In this document: positions 16,152 through 24,201 of the stretch, piece by piece | Numbering within the stretch: position 1 is the first letter of the stretch | Layout: each line of letters opens with the position of its first letter | Translations under genes and position numbers: made by a program | The notes under the pieces: generated by a model | Seen by the model: the letters and a program-made list of their open reading frames with translations, nothing else | Databases searched by the model: none | What the model was told of the DNA's origin: nothing | From: Candidatus Brocadia sp. | GTDB taxonomy: Bacteria; Planctomycetota; Brocadiia; Brocadiales; Brocadiaceae | Direction of reading: 5' to 3' | Length of the DNA: 32,000 nt | Assembly: GCA_021650915.1 (NCBI GenBank) | Contig: CP091279.1 | Coordinates: forward strand, 480,001 to 512,000

Positions 16152-18001
16152 GTGTTTGAACGGAAACCCCCCAGAGCCCTGTAAAGTAAGGAGAAGCTGG
16201 TGAAAAATGTTCATGAAAGTCATTGAATTTTTTCGGGTAAAAGGGTAAAATATGGCGAAAATGAAGGGATTCTGGGTATAAAGAGTCCAAATATTCGGTT
16301 CATTAACCCACTAGCCAAAGGACATTCGATAGAAGATGAGAAAGAGATTTGAGCAGCAATTGAAGCTTGGCATCATACCCATTTCAGGGGTAAAACTGCC
16401 AATAAAGAGTCGAGATGAGCTACCACCGATACTGAGGGCGTTGCAACATATCTATGTTACACCGGAGTTGAACGAGGAGGTATTCCGGATATTAGAGGCG
16501 AAGGTAACGAAGGGGAAGAAAAAGACGGGAAGATATGGGATGGATTTATGGCATATTTTGGTGTTGTCGGTGGTAAGATTAGGGTTAGATGCCGATTATG
16601 ACAGGTTGGAGGATTTTGCCAACCATCACAAACTTATCAGGCAGATAATGGGGGTTGAGACGGCATTTGGAGAGGCGAAGGTTTTTTCGATGCAGAGCAT
16701 CAAGGACAATATAAGATTGTTGGATGAGGAGACCCTCAGGCAGATAAATGAAGTGGTGATATCATCGGGGCATCAGTTGGTTAAAAAAAAGGACGAAGGA
16801 CTGTGTATTAAGGTGGATACGTATGTGTTAGAGACGAATGTACACTTTCCGGCCGATATGAATTTATTGTGGGATGCGGGACGCAAGAGTCTGGACATGA
16901 TAGAGGATGCAATAGAGGAAGGCATCCTGGCGGGGAAAGGATGGCGCAAGAGCAAATATTGGAGGAGAGAGTTAAAAAAGCTGATGAGGATAAGCGCAAA
17001 GGCGTCAAGCAGCGGGGGGGAAAAACAAGGAAGAGCATGTGAGGAGTTACTTGGAATTATCGAGGGGTTTGAGTGAAAAGATAGGAGCGAGTCTGTTAGC
17101 CATCTACGAAAAGGTGCTAACGACGAACCAGGTAGACAAGCATGCAGGGAAAATAGGGACACTGGAGTATTTTCACGGGATGTTGAATAAACAGATAGAC
17201 CTGGTGGAGAGAAGGGTGATCCGGGATGAGGTAATACCGGCGGCAGAAAAGGTTCATTCGTTGTTTGAGCCGCATACGGAGTGGCTGTACAAAGGCAAGT
17301 CAAACAAAAGGGTAGAGTTGGGACATAATATTCTGGTAGCAAGCGATCAGTGGGGTTTCATCGTGGACCATGTGGTAGGAGAAAAACAGGCGGATGTATC
17401 GTTGGTAATTCCATTGGCAGATAGGTTGTTGAGCCGTTACGGAGAAGGCACAATAAAGAGTATAAGTTTTGATAAAGGTTTTTACAAGAAAGAGAATAAA
17501 GAGTTGCTGAGTTTGTATATACCAGAGGTAATCCTTCCCAAGAAGGGCAAGAAGAATAAGGCGGAACAGGAAGAGGAATCGGGTAAGACATTTAAGAAGC
17601 TAAGGCACAAGCACTCGGCGGTAGAATCGGATATCAATCGTTTGGAGCATCACGGCTTGGATAGGTGTCCGGACAAAGGGCTGCATGCCTTTAAAAGATA
17701 TTGTGCAATGGGCGTGTTAGCTGCGAATTTGCACAAGCTGGGAAACGTGCTGCAGGAGAAGGCACGGAAGCAGTGCGAAAAGTTGCGAAAAGCCGCCTAA
17801 GCAAGCAAAAAACACGAAGAAAAACAGTCTGCCGGGAGGCAGGTACGCCCAGACAAGGCTAAAATAAAGGGGAAAACAAGGGAAATATGTAAAAGAACAG
17901 TATTTTTGCCAAAAACCCTAATCTCAAATCTTAAAATTATCTATTGGTAAATAGAAAATCGACCTCGCACTTTTACAAAAAGTGCGTTTTCGTTCAGACA
18001 C
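16152..18001 (+). mobile_element. IS element copy A (1850 bp). DDE transposase of the IS4/IS5-like superfamily; possibly the ISNCY/ISDol1 group, family unverified
   Basis: The imperfect terminal IRs are GTGTTTGAACGGAAAC and, reverse-complemented, GTGTCTGAACGAAAAC. TAAATA flanks both sides. Copy A is identical to copy B except for 3 homopolymer indels and 1 SNP. Confidence 0.85.
16336..17800 (+). pseudogene. IS transposase, copy A, frameshifted at a G7 run (17014-17020)
   Basis: ORFs 16336-17076 and 17039-17800 together correspond to one protein of about 487 aa. Copy B has G6 at the equivalent site and reads through (..KASSSGGKNKEEHVRSYLEL..). Motifs include VDTYVLETNVHFPxD, SFDKGFY and HSAVESDINRLEHHGLDRC. 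Confidence 0.8.
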
Positions 18002-18007
18002 TAAATA
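18002..18007. repeat. TAAATA direct repeat, copy 2 (junction between the tandem IS copies)
   Basis: It is the only sequence between the right IR of copy A (ends 18001) and the left IR of copy B (starts 18008). Confidence 0.85.
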
Positions 18008-19854
18008 GTGTTTGAACGGAAACCCCCCAGAGCCCTGTAAAGTAAGGAGAAGCTGGTGAAAAATGTTCATGAAAGTCATTGAATTTTTTCGGGTAAAAGG
18101 GTAAAATATGGCGAAAATGAAGGGATTCTGGGTATAAAGAGTCCAAATATTCGGTTCATTAACCCACTAGCCAAAGGACATTCGATAGAAGATGAGAAAG
18201 AGATTTGAGCAGCAATTGAAGCTTGGCATCATACCCATTTCAGGGGTAAAACTGCCAATAAAGAGTCGAGATGAGCTACCACCGATACTGAGGGCGTTGC
18301 AACATATCTATGTTACACCGGAGTTGAACGAGGAGGTATTCCGGATATTAGAGGCGAAGGTAACGAAGGGGAAGAAAAAGACGGGAAGATATGGGATGGA
18401 TTTATGGCATATTTTGGTGTTGTCGGTGGTAAGATTAGGGTTAGATGCCGATTATGACAGGTTGGAGGATTTTGCCAACCATCACAAACTTATCAGGCAG
18501 ATAATGGGGGTTGAGACGGCATTTGGAGAGGCGAAGGTTTTTTCGATGCAGAGCATCAAGGACAATATAAGATTGTTGGATGAGGAGACCCTCAGGCAGA
18601 TAAATGAAGTGGTGATATCATCGGGCATCAGTTGGTTAAAAAAAGGACGAAGGACTGTGTATTAAGGTGGATACGTATGTGTTAGAGACGAATGTACACT
18701 TTCCGACCGATATGAATTTATTGTGGGATGCGGGACGCAAGAGTCTGGACATGATAGAGGATGCAATAGAGGAAGGCATCCTGGCGGGGAAAGGATGGCG
18801 CAAGAGCAAATATTGGAGGAGAGAGTTAAAAAAGCTGATGAGGATAAGCGCAAAGGCGTCAAGCAGCGGGGGGAAAAACAAGGAAGAGCATGTGAGGAGT
18901 TACTTGGAATTATCGAGGGGTTTGAGTGAAAAGATAGGAGCGAGTCTGTTAGCCATCTACGAAAAGGTGCTAACGACGAACCAGGTAGACAAGCATGCAG
19001 GGAAAATAGGGACACTGGAGTATTTTCACGGGATGTTGAATAAACAGATAGACCTGGTGGAGAGAAGGGTGATCCGGGATGAGGTAATACCGGCGGCAGA
19101 AAAGGTTCATTCGTTGTTTGAGCCGCATACGGAGTGGCTGTACAAAGGCAAGTCAAACAAAAGGGTAGAGTTGGGACATAATATTCTGGTAGCAAGCGAT
19201 CAGTGGGGTTTCATCGTGGACCATGTGGTAGGAGAAAAACAGGCGGATGTATCGTTGGTAATTCCATTGGCAGATAGGTTGTTGAGCCGTTACGGAGAAG
19301 GCACAATAAAGAGTATAAGTTTTGATAAAGGTTTTTACAAGAAAGAGAATAAAGAGTTGCTGAGTTTGTATATACCAGAGGTAATCCTTCCCAAGAAGGG
19401 CAAGAAGAATAAGGCGGAACAGGAAGAGGAATCGGGTAAGACATTTAAGAAGCTAAGGCACAAGCACTCGGCGGTAGAATCGGATATCAATCGTTTGGAG
19501 CATCACGGCTTGGATAGGTGTCCGGACAAAGGGCTGCATGCCTTTAAAAGATATTGTGCAATGGGCGTGTTAGCTGCGAATTTGCACAAGCTGGGAAACG
19601 TGCTGCAGGAGAAGGCACGGAAGCAGTGCGAAAAGTTGCGAAAAGCCGCCTAAGCAAGCAAAAAACACGAAGAAAAACAGTCTGCCGGGAGGCAGGTACG
19701 CCCAGACAAGGCTAAAATAAAGGGGAAAACAAGGGAAATATGTAAAAGAACAGTATTTTTGCCAAAAACCCTAATCTCAAATCTTAAAATTATCTATTGG
19801 TAAATAGAAAATCGACCTCGCACTTTTACAAAAAGTGCGTTTTCGTTCAGACAC
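18008..19854 (+). mobile_element. IS element copy B (1847 bp), in direct tandem with copy A
   Basis: It has the same IRs and the same internal sequence as copy A. Confidence 0.85.
18192..19653 (+). pseudogene. IS transposase, copy B, frameshifted by two 1-nt deletions (G3 at 18623-18625, A7 at 18638-18644)
   Basis: Copy A has G4 (16767-16770) and A8 (16783-16790) at the equivalent sites and reads through (ISSGHQLVKKKDEGLCIKVDTYVLE). Copy B terminates at 18665 and resumes at 18667 in another frame. Confidence 0.8.
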
Positions 19855-19860
19855 TAAATA
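19855..19860. repeat. TAAATA direct repeat, copy 3 (right flank of tandem IS)
   Basis: It directly follows the right IR of copy B. After it the ISL3 sequence resumes. Confidence 0.85.
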
Positions 19861-19954
19861 GTTTATAGAACGGTATATATCTATCTATCTATAGGAAACA
19901 CCAAATATCCACTCTTTTCACTGATTTAAAGGATTTTCTTCTCAATTCTTATTG

Positions 19955-19973
19955 ACTAATTGGGAGAAGAACC
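19955..19973. repeat. ISL3 terminal inverted repeat (transposase-proximal end)
   Basis: It matches the reverse complement of 14945-14963 at 19/19 positions. Confidence 0.9.
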
Positions 19974-20690
19974 CTTAAAGAATGATACTTAAGCATCTCC
20001 CGATATGTTCCTTTTGATTGATTCCGGATAATAGACTTGTCAATCGTGTTTCCTGAGTCGAGATTCCTCCTGACAGAGGCAAAACAAGAGAGGCTCTTGC
20101 TGCTTTATGCCTGCACAAAGAGTCTCTTTTCTCATGGAACGTATTCAATCTACCACGTTTCATCAACTCCACTACGGTTATGCCCCTTCATTCCTGGCTT
20201 ACACCAGAAACTATTATGAGCACTGCTGACGACTTCAAAGACAGACCTGTGAGAGGCAGTCGTCCGTCACCATCTCATACAGCTTGGATTTCGGATTTCC
20301 CTTATACCTCGCTGTTAGGGAATTTCTTCCCAAGACGTAAGTCCTCCCCCGGTCATATGAATTACCCCTTTTCCCTTCGTGATGTATGTTCAAACGCATT
20401 ATCCAGAGATGTTTTCACCAGGTCTCTTTTGACATCTCCAACAAGGACATTGTCAGTGCTTCACTGAGAAAGGGCAGTTGGCACGAACTAACACGCCATA
20501 CTCATACACCCCAAAAGGTCGTCTGTACCTCGTAACTCCGTCATACCCCTCACGGGAATACGCTATCCTTCTACGCATACGGATTGTTCCTTTGTATACG
20601 CATAGGTACAAACTTCTCTACGAGGATTTAGGCTCGCAGAGGTGATATTTTCAACCACTTAGGTATCCCATACTTCAAGGCACGCCCCCC
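19974..20690 (-). other. ORF-poor, hairpin-rich segment; candidate 5' fragment of a group II intron or another structured RNA (tentative)
   Basis: No credible ORF is present on either strand. Read on the minus strand it has several strong local helices. Two are GNRA-capped hairpins: GGGAA-GAAA-UUCCC (20318-20331) and CCC-GUGA-GGG (20546-20556). A 9-bp helix pairs CUCUGCGAG with CUCGUAGAG. GUACCU and AGGUAC enclose nested stems. The segment is cut at 19974 by the ISL3 IR. Confidence 0.3.
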
Positions 20691-20691
20691 T

Positions 20692-21138
20692 CAGCACAAA
20701 ACCATCGACAAACATCACGGACGCATTGAAATCCGCCAGGTCTGGACCAGCGCCGATTTAAACCATTACCTTGCATTCCCCTTGGTTGGACAGGTCTTTT
20801 GTATCCACAGAAAATTTACCTACCTCAAATCCCAAAAAACAACCGAAGAAACGGTCTATGGCATTACCAGCCTTACGCAACAAAAGGCAGGCCCTGCCCG
20901 CATACTCCGCTTGAACCGGGGACATTGGAGTATTGAAAACAGCCTCCATTACGTTCGTGATGTCACCTTTGATGAAGACCGCTCCCCGATTCGAACAAAC
21001 CATGCACCCAAGGTTATGGCCTCCCTCAAAAATTGCATCATCAGCATCTTTCGCTCACTGGGGAGAACCGCTATCGCACAAACTCTTAGAAATTTAACCT
21101 ACCAACCGCACCTCGCACTAAAACTCCTTCGCCTATAA
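20692..21138 (+). pseudogene. ISAs1-family (H-repeat-type) transposase, C-terminal fragment only
   Basis: ..HKTIDKHHGRIEIRQVW...RLNRGHWSIENSLHYVRDVTFDEDRSPIRTNHAPKVMASLKN.. matches the conserved ISAs1 C-terminus. The N-terminal 230 aa or so are absent. The in-frame upstream stop is at 20629-20631, and the exact 5' breakpoint is uncertain by about 30 nt either way. Confidence 0.75.
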
Positions 21139-21427
21139 CGCCCCTTTCTCCCCATTTCATCCCTTATTTCCCATGACCATTCGAGGCACGTGGGGATTCC
21201 CTCGTCTTTTATGCCACTGTTTGTCATCTTTTCGTGTCTTTGCTCGTTTTTCCCTCTTCAAACTCCTTCTTTCCCTTGCCCTGACACTCCCCCTTTTTTG
21301 CCTAGCATGACTTTGACGTTACCCTGGGTGTATACCGCGATGCAGGACATTATTTTGTTTGTTCAATCCTCTCAGACGGGTTCGTCTTTGCAACCTGAAC
21401 CCTTGCGTGAAATGATTTAAAACGGGC

Positions 21428-21739
21428 TTATTTCATGAGGGAATGGATGCGTGTGGTATCCAGCAGGGCCTTTTCCATCGGCACCAGGGGGGTAATTTCT
21501 ATATCAGTAAAAAACGGGAAGAGGGGGAGTTTTGAGACGATTTCATCCATTTCTTCATTGGACTCAGCGTCGATAATGGCAGCAGCGCCTCGTTTCCCCG
21601 CCAGTTTTCCTCCGGCCAATATCTTTCCCCGGCGCTGAAACCGGGAAAAATATTCCCACTCCTTTATCACGTAACCCAGAAAGTCCTTTACCGGCATCTG
21701 GGGCATCTGTTTTATCTCGACCTTTAAGAGAAATAGCAT
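21428..21739 (-). CDS. Muconolactone delta-isomerase-like (MIase family, dimeric alpha/beta barrel) protein
   Basis: 103 aa. The pattern MLFLLKVEI...E.E...R.G......AG....AAIIDAESNEEMDEIVSKLPLFPF..IEITPL matches the MIase family as I remember it. Confidence 0.65.
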   Translation of the reverse strand: MLFLLKVEIKQMPQMPVKDFLGYVIKEWEYFSRFQRRGKILAGGKLAGKRGAAAIIDAESNEEMDEIVSKLPLFPFFTDIEITPLVPMEKALLDTTRIHSLMK

Positions 21740-21758
21740 ACTCAGCGCCTTTCTTGTC

Positions 21759-22502
21759 TTACATTGCTAAACCACCATCAACACTAATTACATGTCCGGT
21801 AATGTACCTGGCGTCTTCCGATAGCAAGAAGGCTGCCACTTTCGCAATTTCTTCGGGTTTCCCGAATCGCCTTACCGGGATCATGTCGATCATTTTGTCT
21901 TTATATTCCTGAGGCAGAACGGACGTCATGTCCGTCTCAATAAACCCGCAGGCAATGGCATTCACAGTAATATTGGCCTTTCCCACCTCTTTTGCCAGGG
22001 CCTTGGTAAAACCAACCATGCCCGCCTTTGAGGAAGAATAATTTACCTGTCCGGCGATCCCCATTAATCCACTCACGGAGGTGATATTTAAGATACTTCC
22101 CGATTTTTGTTTAATCATCTGCGTAATGACAGCCTTGGAAAAGTTATAAACACTCTTGAGGTTGGTATTGATAACTTCATCCCAGTCATTTTCGCTCATA
22201 AGGGCAAGGAGTTTGTCCCGGGTAATACCGGCATTGTTTACCAGGAAATCAATTCTTCCAAACGTGTCTTTTACCTCCTTCACCATATTCTTTGCGCCTT
22301 CAAAGCTTGTGACATTGATCTGAAACGCAGCCGCCTTCACTCCCATGGCCTCAATCTCTTTCACCAGTGCATATGCCGCATCCGTATTTGTATGATAATT
22401 GAAGGCGACATTACAACCGTTTTTTGCCAGTTCCAGGGCAATTGCCTTTCCAATGCCTCGTGTTCCTCCCGTGACTATTGCTATCTTCTCTTTGAATTGC
22501 AT
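21759..22502 (-). CDS. fabG: 3-oxoacyl-ACP reductase (SDR family)
   Basis: It has TGGTRGIGKAIA (TGxxxGIG), NNAG, and the catalytic S...YSSSK (YxxxK). Length is 247 aa. The end of the protein (GHVISVDGGLAM) is typical of FabG. Confidence 0.85.
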   Translation of the reverse strand: MQFKEKIAIVTGGTRGIGKAIALELAKNGCNVAFNYHTNTDAAYALVKEIEAMGVKAAAFQINVTSFEGAKNMVKEVKDTFGRIDFLVNNAGITRDKLLALMSENDWDEVINTNLKSVYNFSKAVITQMIKQKSGSILNITSVSGLMGIAGQVNYSSSKAGMVGFTKALAKEVGKANITVNAIACGFIETDMTSVLPQEYKDKMIDMIPVRRFGKPEEIAKVAAFLLSEDARYITGHVISVDGGLAM

Positions 22503-22811
22503 CGTTTTATTTCTCCTTCCTGGAAGCCTTTGGTAAAATTATAACCGGTAATTTAATGTTTAGGAATTTCAAAGCAACGGTTGTAGAGCGACGAGCCTCG
22601 TCGTTCCACATCAAAAAGTCGCCGAAGGCCTAATTAATCGTATATAATGGCGCAGGCAATTTATAGTAAAGAAATAAATTTTGAAAAGCAAGCCAAAAAA
22701 TGCCAGGAGATGAATGCTTTTGTCTTGCAGAGACAGGCATGAAACCTTTCTTTCCGTTGCAAGCAATATCCTGTTTTCATTGGAAATTTTCAAAAACATG
22801 AACAGATTCCG

Positions 22812-23306
22812 TTATTTATAATTGATGAATTGCATGGCAAAATCATAATCTTGATCCTTGATTGCCTTGATAATCGCCTGCAAATCATCGATCTTCTGTC
22901 CCGTTACCCGAATCTTTTCTTCCTGTATCTGCGACTGCACCTTCAGTTTTAATCCCTTTATAAATTTCACGATCTCCTTTGCCTTTTCCATCGGAATACC
23001 TGATTGAAAGGTAACGACCTGACGGATTGTGCCTCCCAATGCGTTCTCCTTCTTGCTAAAATCGAGTGCTTTCAGAGGAATGCCCCTCTTTTCGAGTTTC
23101 TCTTTCAAAATCTCATTCAGACTCTCAAGTTTATAATCATCATCAGCAATTACGGTTATAGAGTTATCACTATTGAGTGTAATGGATGATTTACTTCCTT
23201 TGAAGTCATATCGTACCGCAAGTTGTTTCTTCGCCTGGTCAACGGCGTTATTCACCTCATGCATTTCAACCTTACAGGCTATATCGAATGAATGCGTATC
23301 GGCCAT
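22812..23306 (-). CDS. yajQ: YajQ family nucleotide / cyclic-di-GMP-binding protein (UPF0234)
   Basis: 164 aa. SFDIACKVEMHEVNNAVDQAKKQLAVRYDFKGS is the characteristic YajQ N-terminus. Confidence 0.85.
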   Translation of the reverse strand: MADTHSFDIACKVEMHEVNNAVDQAKKQLAVRYDFKGSKSSITLNSDNSITVIADDDYKLESLNEILKEKLEKRGIPLKALDFSKKENALGGTIRQVVTFQSGIPMEKAKEIVKFIKGLKLKVQSQIQEEKIRVTGQKIDDLQAIIKAIKDQDYDFAMQFINYK

Positions 23307-23454
23307 AGGGAAATCTCCTTAAAATGGAAGATGAAGCATCAATGTGCTCATGGCATAAGTATCTTTCGTTTTGACAGGCGCAGATTTCAAACCTGCCTCT
23401 ATGCGGTATGCAATACCCTGTTTTTGCAGGTAATTTTCAAAAAACTTTGTGTTG

Positions 23455-24186
23455 CTAATAACCTAATTGCCGTATTTCATTCTCGGTAAAACCTACAAAA
23501 TGTGCAACCTCATGACGCACCACTTCTGTTATTTTTCGTTTAATCTCTTCGTCAGAATGGCAGAGGTTCTCAATATTTTTGCGAAAAATGGTAATTCTTT
23601 CCGGCAACACGGCCGGTTGCCATACGCTTTTTTTACTGAGCGGAACACCCTGAAAAAGGCCAAGTAAGGTTCTGTTCTTCATGAGTCCCATCTTTTCCAG
23701 GATAAAATTATCAGGCCGGTCCTCAATGACGACAGACACATTGGATAAACGATTCCTTAGATTCCGAGGCAATTCATTCATTGCATCGGTTACCAATTGA
23801 TCGAAAACCGTTACATGCCTCGTGTCCTGATGTCCGGGGATACATTCATCCGGTGTCTGCTCATGCATGCGACTGATCTTGTATTTTCCGAGAAACAGCC
23901 TGGCTGTTAAATACAGTATTCCTCCGAGCATGGCAAAGGTTACCCAGAAATTCCACCCATGTACCACCATAACGCCGCCCAGCGCTCCCACCAGGGCGAT
24001 AATTCCAAAATAACCCAAAACGGCGCAAAGCTCATACGAATCACGCGCGCTTGTTTTATCAGCAACAAGGGGAAACAACTCCATGCCGCAGCCAGGACAT
24101 TTCATGCCTTCCCGCTGATTCAACTCACCGGTATGATACGCCTCGCCACAATTGCAGTATTTAAGCGATTCCAAATCTTTGGCCAT
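23455..24186 (-). CDS. Zinc-ribbon / 2-TM / Zincin_1 (DUF1025-type) metallopeptidase-family fusion protein
   Basis: The N-terminal zinc ribbon is CNCG...CPGCG. Two hydrophobic helices follow (CAVLGYFGIIALVGALGGVMVV and FWVTFAMLGGILYLTARLF). The C-terminal part, LSNVSVVIEDRP...LLGLFQGVPL...ITIFRKNI...VVRHEVAHFVGFTENEIRQLG, carries an HExxH motif. Confidence 0.7.
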   Translation of the reverse strand: MAKDLESLKYCNCGEAYHTGELNQREGMKCPGCGMELFPLVADKTSARDSYELCAVLGYFGIIALVGALGGVMVVHGWNFWVTFAMLGGILYLTARLFLGKYKISRMHEQTPDECIPGHQDTRHVTVFDQLVTDAMNELPRNLRNRLSNVSVVIEDRPDNFILEKMGLMKNRTLLGLFQGVPLSKKSVWQPAVLPERITIFRKNIENLCHSDEEIKRKITEVVRHEVAHFVGFTENEIRQLGY

Positions 24187-24201
24187 AACGGTACAGCATT
24201 A

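Larger units (their letters stand above)
14945..19973 (-). mobile_element. ISL3-family insertion sequence (about 1320 bp of its own sequence), interrupted by a 3.7-kb tandem insertion of another IS
   Basis: Perfect 19-bp terminal inverted repeats GGTTCTTCTCCCAATTAGT lie at 14945-14963 and, reverse-complemented, at 19955-19973. They enclose an ISL3-type transposase. Removing 16152-19860 restores a contiguous 1320-bp element. The flanking 8-mers CAATTTGA and CTTAAAGA differ, so there is no TSD. Confidence 0.85.

Noticed and set aside
16783-16790. The A8 run (TTAAAAAAAAGG) as a programmed -1 ribosomal frameshift site in the IS transposase
   Set aside because: With eight A residues (copy A) the reading frame continues straight through into the conserved DDE region, so no recoding is needed. 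The A7 version in copy B also has a second deletion 15 nt upstream and does not produce a sensible fusion.
16773-17342. Antisense ORFs of 177-189 aa inside both IS copies (also at 18662-19195)
   Set aside because: They are Pro/Ser/Leu-rich low-complexity translations on the strand opposite a well-supported transposase gene. These are typical shadow ORFs.
17985-18025. A junction promoter formed by the abutted IS ends (IRR-TAAATA-IRL), as in IS30 or IS911 dimers
   Set aside because: I found no convincing -35 hexamer at 16-18 nt from any -10-like hexamer across the junction. TAAATA alone is a weak -10. This remains an untested idea.
19878-19893. The (TATC)3-4 microsatellite
   Set aside because: It is very short and lies within the displaced ISL3 leader. 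It is probably part of that element's AT-rich promoter region rather than an independent feature.
20037-20467. Plus-strand ORFs of 60 aa and 95 aa in the segment left of the ISAs1 fragment, considered as the missing ISAs1 N-terminus
   Set aside because: Their translations show none of the ISAs1 N-terminal or DDE motifs as I remember them (DPR, DGK, DAM..Q). They are Ser/Pro/Leu-rich and lie in different frames.
20658-20672. Minus-strand UAUGG-GAUA-CCUAAG, which resembles an 11-nt GNRA-tetraloop receptor
   Set aside because: The two halves would be closed by only a 2-bp GG/CC helix and are not flanked by complementary sequence. The match may be coincidental. I did not use it as evidence for the intron hypothesis.
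22503-22811. The 309-bp intergenic region between yajQ and fabG, examined for a small RNA or riboswitch
   Set aside because: It contains only weak 5-7 bp hairpins (for example CGACG-AGGCU-CGUCG on the minus strand at about 22588-22607) and promoter-like AT-rich hexamers. I recognised no conserved motif, so I make no call.
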